DNA of 49,830 nucleotides from an uncultured Rhodospirillales bacterium. GTDB lineage: Bacteria; Pseudomonadota; Alphaproteobacteria; UBA7985. The stretch spans positions 1-49,830 of the forward strand of contig CAXBRM010000001.1 in assembly GCA_963978305.1 (NCBI GenBank), read 5' to 3'. This document shows positions 1 to 9,924 of the stretch, piece by piece; the first letter of the stretch is position 1; each line of letters opens with the position of its first letter. The translations under genes were made by a program, and so were the position numbers. Under the pieces are notes generated by a model that saw only the letters and a program-made list of their open reading frames with translations, was not told the DNA's origin and made no database searches.

Positions 1-637
1 ATACAACCTGTTCCGCAATTGACGTTACATGATCACCCATTCGCTCGATATTTTTTGCGATAAAGTGAAGGTGCATGCAGGCCGTAATGTTTCTAGGATC
101 CTCCATCATATAAGTCAAAAATTCTCGAAAAAGGCCACTATATAACTCATCAACCTCTGTATCTCTAGCAATAACGTCTAAAGCTAAATCTGCATCTCTA
201 TTAATATACGCATCCAAAGCATCCTTTAACATCAGTTGGACATCTTTGGAGAGTCTTCGCAGCGCAGCTTGAGAGTTTTCAATATCCTTTAAATGCAAGA
301 GTACATGCGTCCGTTTAGCCGTGTTCTTGGCATGATCGCCAATTCGCTCAAGATTGTTTGAAACTTTAAGTATTGAAAGCAAAACTCTAAGATCCGTTGC
401 AACGGGTGACTCTTGAGCTATAAAACGAGAAATCCCGTCGTTGATAAGCTCTTCCAAATTATCAATTTGCCTATCGCGCTCTCGAACTTTTTCAGCAAGT
501 TCTACGTCGCGTTCTTCTAACGCTTTTGCTGCACTGATAATATTAGCCTCTACCAGTCCACCCATTTTCAGCATATTAGCTTGAATGCCTTCAAGCGCTT
601 TATCAAATGCCGATCTTATATGTTGGCCATTTTGCAT
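1..637 (-). CDS. phoU: Phosphate regulon modulator PhoU. The gene's 3' end runs off the left edge; about 212 N-terminal aa are present.
   Basis: It is absent from the ORF track because it is open at the window edge. The reverse-strand ATG at 637-635 gives MQNGQHIRSAFDKALEGIQANMLKMGGLVEANIISAAKALEERDVELAEKVRERDRQIDNLEELIND...NLERIGDHAKN...NIERMGDHVTSIAEQV. That shows two PhoU repeats with the ERxGD motif. The gene starts 9 nt downstream of the pstB stop. Confidence 0.85.
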   Translation of the reverse strand, partial: MQNGQHIRSAFDKALEGIQANMLKMGGLVEANIISAAKALEERDVELAEKVRERDRQIDNLEELINDGISRFIAQESPVATDLRVLLSILKVSNNLERIGDHAKNTAKRTHVLLHLKDIENSQAALRRLSKDVQLMLKDALDAYINRDADLALDVIARDTEVDELYSGLFREFLTYMMEDPRNITACMHLHFIAKNIERMGDHVTSIAEQVV

Positions 638-646
638 TGATAACTC

Positions 647-1411
647 CTATCCAATCCGACCGGTTATGTAGCTTTCTGTGCGCGGATCCTCTGGGTTTGT
701 AAAAATTTTATCAGTTTGCCCAAATTCCACTAAACTTCCCAAATGAAAAAAAGCAGTGCGTTGACTTACTCTGGCTGCTTGCTGCATCGAATGCGTCACA
801 ATCACGACACAAAAGTTTTGTCGAAGTTCATCTATTAACTCTTCTACCTGAGCCGTGGCAATGGGATCCAATGCGGAACAAGGTTCATCCATTAGAAGAA
901 CGTCTGGCGAAGTGGCAATTGCGCGGGCAATACAAATTCTTTGCTGCTGACCACCAGACAAGCCTGTACCGGGCGCATCTAAGCGGTCTTTTACCTCATC
1001 CCAAATTGCTGCACGTCGCAAAGATTGCTCAACAATCTCATCTAGTTCAGATTTATTTGCAGCCAATCCATGAATGCGAGGACCATATGCGATATTATCA
1101 TAGACTGATTTTGTAAAAGGGTTAGGCTTTTGAAAGACCATCCCAACTTTAGCTCTGAGCTGAACTGGGTCCACTTTGTCATCGTAAATATCTTCATTTT
1201 CTAAAAGAATCTGACCAGATACTTTACAAATATCAATTGTATCATTCATCCGATTCAAACACCGAAGGAATGTTGATTTACCACAGCCAGAGGGGCCAAT
1301 AAAAGCGATTACCTCTTTCTCAAAGATGTCAAGATTTACGCCTCGGAGCGCATCATTTTCGCCATAGAAAACACCGACATCTTTCGCTGTCATTTTCGCT
1401 GCAGTGGTCAT
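647..1411 (-). CDS. pstB: Phosphate ABC transporter ATP-binding protein PstB
   Basis: 254 aa. Walker [10 protein letters not shown], signature LSGGQQQR and Walker [12 protein letters not shown] are present. The PstB-typical FQKPNPF and C-terminal YITGRIG are also present. It follows pstA. Confidence 0.95.
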   Translation of the reverse strand: MTTAAKMTAKDVGVFYGENDALRGVNLDIFEKEVIAFIGPSGCGKSTFLRCLNRMNDTIDICKVSGQILLENEDIYDDKVDPVQLRAKVGMVFQKPNPFTKSVYDNIAYGPRIHGLAANKSELDEIVEQSLRRAAIWDEVKDRLDAPGTGLSGGQQQRICIARAIATSPDVLLMDEPCSALDPIATAQVEELIDELRQNFCVVIVTHSMQQAARVSQRTAFFHLGSLVEFGQTDKIFTNPEDPRTESYITGRIG

Positions 1412-1424
1412 GGTTAAAAATCCT

Positions 1425-2834
1425 TTACTTGTTGCGCTCTGCGCGCCAGCGAATATAGGTTGCGATTGCGTTCAGGCTTAGGATCAAGACCAAAAGCACA
1501 ATGATCGCAGCATTGGCTTTGAATTTGAATAGCCGCTCAGCGTGTTCAGCCCAAAAAAAGATTTGTGCTGGCATGGCAGTGCCGGTTTGGAACAAACATC
1601 CTAACCCATCGGTATAATCACCAAGGGCAAATGTCTTCATACCAATCGGCAGCAGGGGGGCTGTTTCGCCAGCAGCCTGAGCGATACCGATGATGACGCC
1701 CGATACGATGCCTGGCAAAGCAGCTGGCAGCACATGCTGGAATACGGCTTGCATTCGGCTTGCTCCGAGACCGATGGCTGCCTCTTTATAGCTAGACGGC
1801 ACCGCCAAAATCGCCGCTCGGCTCGAGATAATGACGGTCGGCAGAGTCATAAAGGATAGCACCAACCCACCAATAATTGGCCAACCAGTGGCAAAGGGGA
1901 ACAGCAGATTAATCAAGACCCCTAAGCCAAGAACGCCGAAAATAATCGACGGGACTGCCGCCAGGTTGTTGATATTAATTTCAATAAGGTCTGTGAAGCG
2001 ATTTTTGGGGGCAAATTCTTCCAGATAAATGGCGGCGGCGACCCCGAGAGGCACCGCAACAGCAATCACGACAAGCAGCATCAGAATGGTGCCTTGAATG
2101 CCGCGGCCCAAACCAGCCATTTCTGGGTTGCTGGAATCAGGTGAGGTTAGAATGCCTGGCGCGCCCTTGGCGACTTCGATCGATTGTTTGCCAACGAATG
2201 GTAGCCAAATCTCGAGGTTGAGTCTCGGAAAACCAAGATACAAACGGTTTTTCAATGCGCCTACTTCGGCCAAATGCTTCATAGCGGCGACGTTGGTTTC
2301 GTCAAATTCGCCCTGCGCCAGAATCGCTTCCTCGGGGAACAAGCCCTTTTGATGAACATCAACGAGGTCGTCCATCAGCGCCCACATCGTCACCGTGTCA
2401 CCAGGTTGATGCTCGCCCGCGCGCAACCCGTCACGGATTTGATAGGCAGCCGCATCGGAAAATAGGTGGCTGACGGCTTCCAAGGTTTTCTCTGGCATCT
2501 CGTCAAAGTAAACGGACGATGCTTGCGCTAAATAAGTCCGATAGATGCTATCTTTGGCAAGGCGAGAACGGTAACGGCTATCGCGTTCGCCTTCTCTTTG
2601 CCGTAGGGGTTCGGGATCAATATAGACCGTCAATTCCATCATGTGCTGGGTGAAGCCGTATCGGCCCTTGTCGATGATGCCCCACATCAGCCAGACCAAA
2701 ACACCCGCGGCGAGCATTAGAGACCCAAGTCCAATCGAGCGAAAGACCACCTCAGTGCTTTGGCGGCTCGCACGGCGGGATGCTGCGGCCTTGCTCACGT
2801 GCGGGCTGATAGCATTTGATGTATCTGAAGACAT
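1425..2834 (-). CDS. pstA: Phosphate ABC transporter permease PstA, long form with a ~210-aa insert between TM1 and the permease core
   Basis: The C-terminal core carries the BPD-transporter EAA-like motif ([15 protein letters not shown]) and PstA-like TM segments. I place the start at the internal ATG 2834 ([10 protein letters not shown]...). That ATG has GGAG 9 nt upstream and lies after the pstC stop at 2851. The track ORF start at 2909 would overlap pstC. Confidence 0.9.
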   Translation of the reverse strand: MSSDTSNAISPHVSKAAASRRASRQSTEVVFRSIGLGSLMLAAGVLVWLMWGIIDKGRYGFTQHMMELTVYIDPEPLRQREGERDSRYRSRLAKDSIYRTYLAQASSVYFDEMPEKTLEAVSHLFSDAAAYQIRDGLRAGEHQPGDTVTMWALMDDLVDVHQKGLFPEEAILAQGEFDETNVAAMKHLAEVGALKNRLYLGFPRLNLEIWLPFVGKQSIEVAKGAPGILTSPDSSNPEMAGLGRGIQGTILMLLVVIAVAVPLGVAAAIYLEEFAPKNRFTDLIEININNLAAVPSIIFGVLGLGVLINLLFPFATGWPIIGGLVLSFMTLPTVIISSRAAILAVPSSYKEAAIGLGASRMQAVFQHVLPAALPGIVSGVIIGIAQAAGETAPLLPIGMKTFALGDYTDGLGCLFQTGTAMPAQIFFWAEHAERLFKFKANAAIIVLLVLILSLNAIATYIRWRAERNK

Positions 2835-2850
2835 ATTGAGCACTCCGCCT

Positions 2851-5286
2851 TTAGCTATATTTGAGCCGGTATCGGCGCACGATGACAATCGCAACCATAT
2901 TAAGAACAAGCGTCGCTAGGAACAGCACTAGACCCAAACCAAACGCCGAGAGTGCTTCCGGTGTGTCTAGTGATAAGTCGCCCGTCAAAAACTCAACAAT
3001 TTGTACTGTGACAGTCGTCATGGGTTCCAATGGGTTGGCCGACAATTTAGCCGCGCGTCCCGCGGCCAAAACCACGATCATGGTTTCGCCAATCGCACGA
3101 CTGGTCGCCAGCAGGATACCCCCCATGATGCCTGGTAGAGCAGCGGGTAATAAAACTTTCAAAATGGTCTCGGACTTGTTGGCACCCAGGGCGAGGGAAC
3201 CATCACGTAGAGGGCGTGGCACTGATTTCAGGGCATCATCGCTCAGCGAGCTGATGAAGGGGATCAGCATGATACCCATGACGGAGCCCGCAACCAGGGC
3301 AGAGCGCCCAGCCATACTGTATCCGGTGATTGGCTCGCCAACTGTTTCCCAGATATCGCGGAACACAGGGCCGACGATCAGCAACGCAAAAACACCATAG
3401 ACGATCGTTGGCACACCAGCCAAAATTTCCAGAATAGGTTTGAAAATATTTCTAGTGGTCGCGCTGGCATACTCACTCATGTAAATGGCGGAAAATAATC
3501 CGATGGGGACGGCAAACAGCAAGGCGACCAGTGATACCATCATTGTGCCGTAAAAAACAGGCAGCGCGCCCAGCGAGCTTTTTCGCTCTGCGCCCTGTCC
3601 ATCGTTAATGCCGCCTTTGTTCCAAACCAGTTCGTTCAGAAATTCCTGGGCGGGTACTTGGAAAAAAAATAATTCGGCGGAGCCGAGCAAGGCTAGAACC
3701 AAGCCGACGGTCACCAAAATTGCGATGGCCGAAGCGGTGATCAGCAAAATGGTTGCACTGCCTTCATGGACCGAGCGCGCTTTTGTTTTCGGTCGGATGA
3801 AAACAACAGAAAGCAGCGCGCCCAAGACAACGGATCCCAAAACCCCAAAATAGATAAAGCGGCTAATCAAATTGCTTTGCAACATCCACTCTTTTGCCGC
3901 GTCTAAGTGTGCTGGCTTTGCTCGCACATCTTTCATAATTTCTGGCGTGATTTCGACGCCTTTACGGAGTTCGGCAATTAGGCGATCAACTTTACCACCA
4001 TTGGTGTCAATCAAGCCCTTTGGTGGCCGCCCAAACTCGGTGGCGACAAAGTTTTGCACCCAAGTCATCATCTCGGCCAGACTAACGATCGTCACAAGGA
4101 CAAAAACACTGGAGCCAACAAGCAGGATCAAAGATGGTGCCTTGTTTAAGGCAAAGCGTTCGCCCGATTGGTAAAGTACGACCAGTGATCCGGCCAGCAC
4201 GAGTAACGAGAAGATCCAGCCGCCAGCGCCCCATTGTGTGATGTGATGTAGAAAGACGATCCCGCTTATGCCACCACCAGCTAGCAACAGTTTACCGAAA
4301 AGGGCGCCAATCGGCCCGCGCTTCATCGATAAAATCCCACTCACCGCGAAACCAACAGTGGCGGCAATCGCCAGCCAATCGGGGAACGGGTTTTTCCCTC
4401 GTTCATCCGAGATAAGCGCCGCCTCAATACCGCTTGTTATTGCTTCGTTATTTACACTCCAGTTGCGCCAAATGCTAATGGCCCAAGACAGCAAGATAGC
4501 GATAAGTGACACGACGATCAGTGCGCGAATGATGCCTCCGCCAGCGCGTCCAGCAGCGATCCAGAAAAACACAAGCATTGCCAACAAAACAGCGAGACCA
4601 GAGCCGATCCAAACAAACCCAGTCAAAAACAGGGCCAGGGTTGTTGCCAGCAGACCCCCGAGGGCAGCTGTCTTGCTTTGCGGGCTGTGATATTGCTCCG
4701 GTGTCAATCGCCACAGGGCGACCGCCGCCATTAGCAGTGCAAGCCAAAACCAGCGTCTGGCAATGAATTTTTTGTCGAAAGCAAGGGTAAACCCTTCTTC
4801 GAATTGTTGAAGATCAGGCGCAATGTCTGTACCGAGAAAATAATGCGAGAAAAGCCCATTTGTCGCGCGACGCATGCCTTCATAATCAATGTTCAGTCCT
4901 TCGTAGGCCGTGACGACCAGACTGACAACTTCCATGTTGAGCGTTGTTCGCTGAGCATCCATCCAGGCGCTGCCGAATATCTGCCATAGCACGACAAAAA
5001 TGATTGGGGGGATAAACCAGCAAAAAACATGGAGAAAACCATAAAACCGCGGCAGATCGGGCAAACCAAAAAGATTGACACTTGTCGCTCGTGCTGCGGC
5101 CAAATCTTCAACCGATGACTTCACTCGGTTTGCACCGACAAAGAAAATCAAAAATGACAGCGCCGCCGCCATCGGTAGGGCCAGGATCCATGCGCCAAAG
5201 AACATGTTGAGGATCAGGAATAACGCAATCAGGCTTACTAATGGCACTGTTACGCCAATGCGCATCATGCCGCTTCCACTATTCAT
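2851..5286 (-). CDS. pstC: Phosphate ABC transporter permease PstC, giant form of 811 aa. The canonical core is the C-terminal ~250 aa.
   Basis: The C-terminal region GALPVFYGTMMVSLVALLFAVPIGLFSAIYMSEYA...[28 protein letters not shown]... matches the PstC permease core. It is preceded by ~550 aa with many hydrophobic segments. It lies between pstS and pstA. Confidence 0.9.
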   Translation of the reverse strand: MNSGSGMMRIGVTVPLVSLIALFLILNMFFGAWILALPMAAALSFLIFFVGANRVKSSVEDLAAARATSVNLFGLPDLPRFYGFLHVFCWFIPPIIFVVLWQIFGSAWMDAQRTTLNMEVVSLVVTAYEGLNIDYEGMRRATNGLFSHYFLGTDIAPDLQQFEEGFTLAFDKKFIARRWFWLALLMAAVALWRLTPEQYHSPQSKTAALGGLLATTLALFLTGFVWIGSGLAVLLAMLVFFWIAAGRAGGGIIRALIVVSLIAILLSWAISIWRNWSVNNEAITSGIEAALISDERGKNPFPDWLAIAATVGFAVSGILSMKRGPIGALFGKLLLAGGGISGIVFLHHITQWGAGGWIFSLLVLAGSLVVLYQSGERFALNKAPSLILLVGSSVFVLVTIVSLAEMMTWVQNFVATEFGRPPKGLIDTNGGKVDRLIAELRKGVEITPEIMKDVRAKPAHLDAAKEWMLQSNLISRFIYFGVLGSVVLGALLSVVFIRPKTKARSVHEGSATILLITASAIAILVTVGLVLALLGSAELFFFQVPAQEFLNELVWNKGGINDGQGAERKSSLGALPVFYGTMMVSLVALLFAVPIGLFSAIYMSEYASATTRNIFKPILEILAGVPTIVYGVFALLIVGPVFRDIWETVGEPITGYSMAGRSALVAGSVMGIMLIPFISSLSDDALKSVPRPLRDGSLALGANKSETILKVLLPAALPGIMGGILLATSRAIGETMIVVLAAGRAAKLSANPLEPMTTVTVQIVEFLTGDLSLDTPEALSAFGLGLVLFLATLVLNMVAIVIVRRYRLKYS

Positions 5287-5473
5287 GTCCGTTACTCCGT
5301 TCGACTCTCAGCCGATTTTTCCATCTGGTCATTTAATCAGCGTGATCAGCCGCAATAAGGTGGATGCTTAGTTCACCAAAACGACAATTTTCTTACCAAA
5401 ACCGAAACCATTGTGACAACCAGGCTTTGCTAAGAAAAACGACCTTGTGATTAATATTTCTTAAGCTAACACG

Positions 5474-5507
5474 ACTAAAAAGAAAGGCCCACAAAGTGAG
5501 CCTTTCT
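5474..5507 (-). terminator. Candidate intrinsic (attenuating) terminator between pstS and pstC
   Basis: On the minus strand the sequence is AGAAAGGC (5507-5500), an 11-nt loop, GCCTTTCT (5488-5481), then TTTT. It begins 27 nt after the pstS stop. Confidence 0.5.
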
Positions 5508-5533
5508 AAATTCATGTGGATGCTGAAAGCAAC

Positions 5534-6505
5534 CTAAAGCGCGTCAGCAGCAGCCTGCAAAGCAGCACGGTCAGCTTCTGAACCTGGGATCAGGCCAAGA
5601 CCTTCAAGTGCACCGCCTGGCTGAGCCATGTCGATGAACAGCTGGATATACTCTTCCATGCCATCAACAACGCCCAAGTGGTTGTGCTTGACGTAGAAGT
5701 ATAGTGAACGCGACACTGGGTAATTCTGTGCAGCAATCTCTTCGAAAGTCGGAGCAACACCGCCAACGGTAGCGCCTTTGATGCGGTCAGCGTTGTTGGC
5801 TAGGAAGCTGTAACCGAAGATACCGAACGCGTCTGGGTTTGCAGCCAATTCGTCAACGATCGCTGAGTCGTTTTCACCAGCTTCGATGTAGTGACCGTCT
5901 TGACGAACTTCGATGTCACAAACATCGTCATACTTCTCTTCAAGAACAATCTCTTCGAATGCAGCGCGGGTACCAGAAGAAGATGGTGGACCCAAAACTT
6001 CAATTTCGATTGCTGGCAAAGACGGATCAATGTCTGACCACTTGGTGTAAGGGTTAGCATAACAGCCTGGGTTGATATTGGTATTTGGGGCTGTTGTGTA
6101 AACAGTTGCGTTTAGAGCGTCTGCCAACTGGTCCAAGGTAACAGATAGCTCAACGCCTTCGTTGGCGTTTGCTAAAACGATACCGTCGTAACCAATCATG
6201 AATTCAGAGAATTCAACGCCGGTTTCGTCGCAAAGCGGCTTTTTGCCGAGCTGACGAGAAGAAGCGTTTGAGATGTCTGGGTGATCCAAGCCAACGCCTT
6301 TACAGAACAGCTTGAAGCCGCCGCCTGAACCGTCAGAAGACAAAACTGGTGCTTCATAGTCAGTGGTGGCAGCGAATTCTTCGATAACTTTGGTGGCGAA
6401 TGGGAAGACGGTTGAAGAACCGACAACGCGGATTGCGGTGCGCTGTGCGTCCGCAGCGGTAGCAGCAGCAGCGACAACTGCGGCAGCGATTAGAAGCTTT
6501 TTCAT
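5534..6505 (-). CDS. pstS: Phosphate ABC transporter substrate-binding protein PstS
   Basis: 323 aa with signal peptide MKKLLIAAAVVAAAATAADA, followed by IRVVGSSTVFPFA, typical of PstS-family type 2 periplasmic binding proteins. It is the first transporter gene of the pst cluster. Confidence 0.9.
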   Translation of the reverse strand: MKKLLIAAAVVAAAATAADAQRTAIRVVGSSTVFPFATKVIEEFAATTDYEAPVLSSDGSGGGFKLFCKGVGLDHPDISNASSRQLGKKPLCDETGVEFSEFMIGYDGIVLANANEGVELSVTLDQLADALNATVYTTAPNTNINPGCYANPYTKWSDIDPSLPAIEIEVLGPPSSSGTRAAFEEIVLEEKYDDVCDIEVRQDGHYIEAGENDSAIVDELAANPDAFGIFGYSFLANNADRIKGATVGGVAPTFEEIAAQNYPVSRSLYFYVKHNHLGVVDGMEEYIQLFIDMAQPGGALEGLGLIPGSEADRAALQAAADAL

Positions 6506-6730
6506 GAGATCCGTTCCTTTGCTTGGGTCCCGTTGATAGTAAGCCAGTTTGGCGAACCAACGCCGGCAGATCGCTGGCTAGTGCCTCAATATGACAATCA
6601 TGTTACGTATGTGGTCAAATCGTGTTCATGTCCGGTTCTTGAAAGCTCGCGTTGAAACATTGCTGCAGGATCAAGTCAGCAGTGCTTAACAATCTTCGTT
6701 CTGGTACGGGATCGGCACAACGATCATGGC

Positions 6731-7789
6731 TCAGTGTCCAAAAATCGGAATAGACACCTTAAAGGTGCTACCTTTGCCTACTGTGCTTTTGATTTCCATC
6801 GCAGCATCGTGCCGATTGAGAATATGCTTGACAATTGCCAACCCCAGCCCTGTGCCGCCTAGCTGCCGCGACCGCGCCTTGTCGATCCGATAAAACCGCT
6901 CTGTCAATCGGCCTAAATGTTCTGCCGCGATGCCGTCACCCTGGTCTTTGACACTGATCGTGACCGACTGGGTGCTGATTTGTTGTTTAATCCGTATCTT
7001 TATTGTGGAATCGAACGCGCTGTATTTAATCGCGTTGTCGGTTAAGTTCCAAATGACTTGCGTTAATTCGTCTTGGTCGCCGGCAACCACCGTGTCGCCG
7101 TTGATTTCGATTTCAATGACCTGGCCATTGGCGTCGGCTTTGAGCTCCAAAGATTCTTGAACGGTGCGAGCGATCGCTGCAACATCGACTGGCGCATTTG
7201 GTTTTTGGGTCGCGTTCATTTCAATGCGAGAGAGAGACAAAAGGTCTTCGACCAACCGGCTCATTCGATTGGCCTCACCCTGCATGATTCGCAAAAAACG
7301 ATCTCGGGCCTCGCTGTCGTTGGCCGCCGGACCTTGGAGCGTTTCAATGAAACCGACCAAGCTCGAGAGGGGAGTCCGCAATTCATGGCTAGCATTCGCG
7401 ACAAAGTCGACACGCATCCGGTCGGCCTGGCGTTGGCTGGTTACGTCTTGCAGCGTCACGACCAGCCATCCGCCCTGTGGTGTTTTAATGGTTAACGGAA
7501 CAATGCTCGCGATTAGGTCGCGCGGCACGCCGCGCGACCAGCGGAACTCCAGACGCATACTTTGCTTATCGTCTAAGGCTGCTTCAATGGCCTCGCCCAA
7601 GATTGCACTTGGAAAAAGTTCACCCACATGACGCTCGACAGGATCATTGCCGACTAAGTCGTTTGCTTCCAGATTTGCCCAGACAATTTTGCCACGCCGG
7701 TTTAACTGGAGCAGCGCATAGGGGAGCTGGTCAAGGATGTTTAGGTGGAGTTCAAGCTCCGCGAGCAGACGTTTTGGTTTTACAGCCAT
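6731..7789 (-). CDS. phoR: Phosphate regulon sensor histidine kinase PhoR (PAS-HisKA-HATPase, no TM segment visible)
   Basis: H-box FVANASHELRTPL and G-box GGTGLGLAIVKHI are present. An N-terminal PAS-like region (LDQLPYALLQLNRRGKIVWANLEANDL) is present. It lies immediately upstream of pstS on the same strand. Confidence 0.85.
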   Translation of the reverse strand: MAVKPKRLLAELELHLNILDQLPYALLQLNRRGKIVWANLEANDLVGNDPVERHVGELFPSAILGEAIEAALDDKQSMRLEFRWSRGVPRDLIASIVPLTIKTPQGGWLVVTLQDVTSQRQADRMRVDFVANASHELRTPLSSLVGFIETLQGPAANDSEARDRFLRIMQGEANRMSRLVEDLLSLSRIEMNATQKPNAPVDVAAIARTVQESLELKADANGQVIEIEINGDTVVAGDQDELTQVIWNLTDNAIKYSAFDSTIKIRIKQQISTQSVTISVKDQGDGIAAEHLGRLTERFYRIDKARSRQLGGTGLGLAIVKHILNRHDAAMEIKSTVGKGSTFKVSIPIFGH

Positions 7790-8000
7790 AGGTTCTGATA
7801 GGATGACGTTTCAGGAGTAAATTGTTTTTGCGTTTGCATCGTTGGTAATTATGACGCTAATGTTTCTTGCTGGTTCGGAATTGGTGCGGCTATCAATGGG
7901 AGCGACTTTTTTTTCACCTCAATAAATGAGTTTCTAATTTCGCGACTGGTTTCGCCAGCTTAAACGTTTACAATTTTATTAAAAATAAAAAGGTTTCGCA

Positions 8001-9749
8001 ATGGCTAAAAGAGAAACTGGAATAGATGGGCTTCCGTGGCTGAAGGATTACCCAAACCAAGTCAATTGGGATGCACCGTTGCATGAGGGTACTGTTCCGC
8101 AGTTTTGGCACCAGTCGGTCACCCAATTCGCTGACAACGAGTTTTGCGACTTTCTCAACAAAAGATATAGCTACGGGCAAATGGGCGCGTTGGTGCGTAA
8201 AGCGGCAAAAGGCTTGCAAGCTCAGGGCGTCACCAAGGGCACTCGTGTTGGCTTGTTTTTGCCCAATTGCCCCTATTATCCGATTTTCTATTATGCCATT
8301 TTGAGCATCGGTGGCACCGTGGTGAACTTCAATCCGACCTATCCTGACAATATTGTCAGGCAGTTGGTCGAGTTAGCCGAGGTTGAAGTGATGGTGACGC
8401 TTGACCTTCAGGCGATCTTTTCCCTCGTGGCGCCGTGTGTGGGGACAACGACAGTTAAGACGTTGGTCGTCTGCCCTTTTGCGGACGTCTTGCCATGGCC
8501 AAACAATTGGCTATTCCCTCTGGTTGCCGATAAACGCGGGCTGACTGTCGCTCAGCCCGAATATTCAAACGCAGTTTTGCGATACCGCGATTTTATCAAC
8601 AATCTCGGCGACCCGTCGCCCGTTGCGATTGAACCAGATGACATTGCTGCGCTCCAGTTTACAGGTGGGACTACCGGTTTACCGAAGGCAGCAACGCTCA
8701 CCCACAACAATCTCTATGTAAACATTCAACAGGCCGGCAATTGGTTTTCGCAGCTTGGCGATGGCGCAGACTCTGTTTTGGCCGTCATACCGTTTTTCCA
8801 CGTTTTCGCGATGACTGTCTGCTTGAACTTCGTAGCAGCCCGTGGTGGTCGGATCATCATGCAGCCGCGCTACGAAACCGACAAGTGCTTGCAGGCATTT
8901 CATCACAAAAAACCAACATTCTTTGCTGCCGTACCCGCAATATACACGGCTATCTGCAATCATCCCGATGTTGTTGCGGGCAAAATTGATTTTAGCAGTC
9001 TAAAATACAGCATTTCTGGTGGAGCTGCACTGCCGAAGGCGATCAAGCACAAATACGAAGAACTAACGGGTTGTTCACTAACCGAGGGCTATGGTCTGTC
9101 AGAGACCTCGCCACTTGCCTGTGTTCAACCCATTTCGGGGGACGGTAAGGAACGCCGTGAGCGTGAAGCGACAATCGGACTGCCCGTTCAAGGTACGCGT
9201 GTCGATATTGTCAGCTTAGACGACGGCGAAACCGTTCTCGGTTTGGGAGAAGACAACCGCGGGGAAGTCTGCATTTCAGGTCCCCAAGTCATGAAAGGAT
9301 ATTGGCGGAACCCTGAAGAAACGGATGCTTGTTTTGATAGCCAGGGACGTTTCCACACGGGCGACATCGGCTTTATGGATGAGGAAGGCTATACCTTTAT
9401 CGTCGATCGCAAGAAAGACATGATTTTGACCGCGAATGGGTTGAACGTCTATCCGCGCGATGTGGAAGAAATAATCTATGGTCATCCAGCAATCGTTGAA
9501 GCAGCCATTTGTGGTGTTCCCGACGAAAAACGTGGTGAGCGCATTCTTGCCAGCATTGTGCTGAAAGATGGAGAGACGTTGGACCATGAGGGTTTGCGGG
9601 CCTTTCTCAACGATAAAATACCTCAGTATGCACTTCCGGAAATCACCGAAGTGCTGGACGAACTGCCCAAATCTCAGATTGGCAAGATCCTCAAAAAAGA
9701 CATTCGCGCCAATTTTGTTGCAAACCATAATCTGACACAGGGCGGTTGA
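8001..9749 (+). CDS. fadD: Long-chain fatty acid-CoA ligase (AMP-forming acyl-CoA synthetase)
   Basis: 582 aa with AMP-binding signature LQFTGGTTGLPKAATLTHNNL, GYGLSETSP, and the FHTGDIG...DRKKDMI motif. It heads a beta-oxidation cluster. Confidence 0.85.
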   Translation: MAKRETGIDGLPWLKDYPNQVNWDAPLHEGTVPQFWHQSVTQFADNEFCDFLNKRYSYGQMGALVRKAAKGLQAQGVTKGTRVGLFLPNCPYYPIFYYAILSIGGTVVNFNPTYPDNIVRQLVELAEVEVMVTLDLQAIFSLVAPCVGTTTVKTLVVCPFADVLPWPNNWLFPLVADKRGLTVAQPEYSNAVLRYRDFINNLGDPSPVAIEPDDIAALQFTGGTTGLPKAATLTHNNLYVNIQQAGNWFSQLGDGADSVLAVIPFFHVFAMTVCLNFVAARGGRIIMQPRYETDKCLQAFHHKKPTFFAAVPAIYTAICNHPDVVAGKIDFSSLKYSISGGAALPKAIKHKYEELTGCSLTEGYGLSETSPLACVQPISGDGKERREREATIGLPVQGTRVDIVSLDDGETVLGLGEDNRGEVCISGPQVMKGYWRNPEETDACFDSQGRFHTGDIGFMDEEGYTFIVDRKKDMILTANGLNVYPRDVEEIIYGHPAIVEAAICGVPDEKRGERILASIVLKDGETLDHEGLRAFLNDKIPQYALPEITEVLDELPKSQIGKILKKDIRANFVANHNLTQGG

Positions 9750-9924
9750 TACTTGAGTGAATGGCTTGGTTGACGAAATTCGCTTGAATTTTCGACACAT
9801 TCTCTTACCTTATGGAAAAATCACGGTTTTACCATGGGGCGTTGTGAACCGTCGGCGCCATGTCTGAAGTTGAAAAGATGCGTAGTGGGCTTGTGCTCAA
9901 GCGCTAGCATGAGGGAGCATGTGC

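Noticed and set aside
3661-3669. An A8 homopolymer (T8 on the coding strand, FFF codons) inside pstC.
   Set aside because: This is an ordinary Phe-rich membrane segment. A single 8-mer is not evidence for programmed slippage or phase variation.
6589-6616. A possible Pho box upstream of pstS. On the minus strand it reads ...CCACATACGTAACATGATTGTCATATTG..., with three (A/T)CAT-ending heptamers including TTGTCAT.
   Set aside because: The repeats are phased at 9 bp, not the 11 bp of described PhoB sites (CTGTCAT-N4-CTGTCAT). Only one half-site is close to consensus. It is plausible but unsupported without a PhoB motif scan or comparative data.
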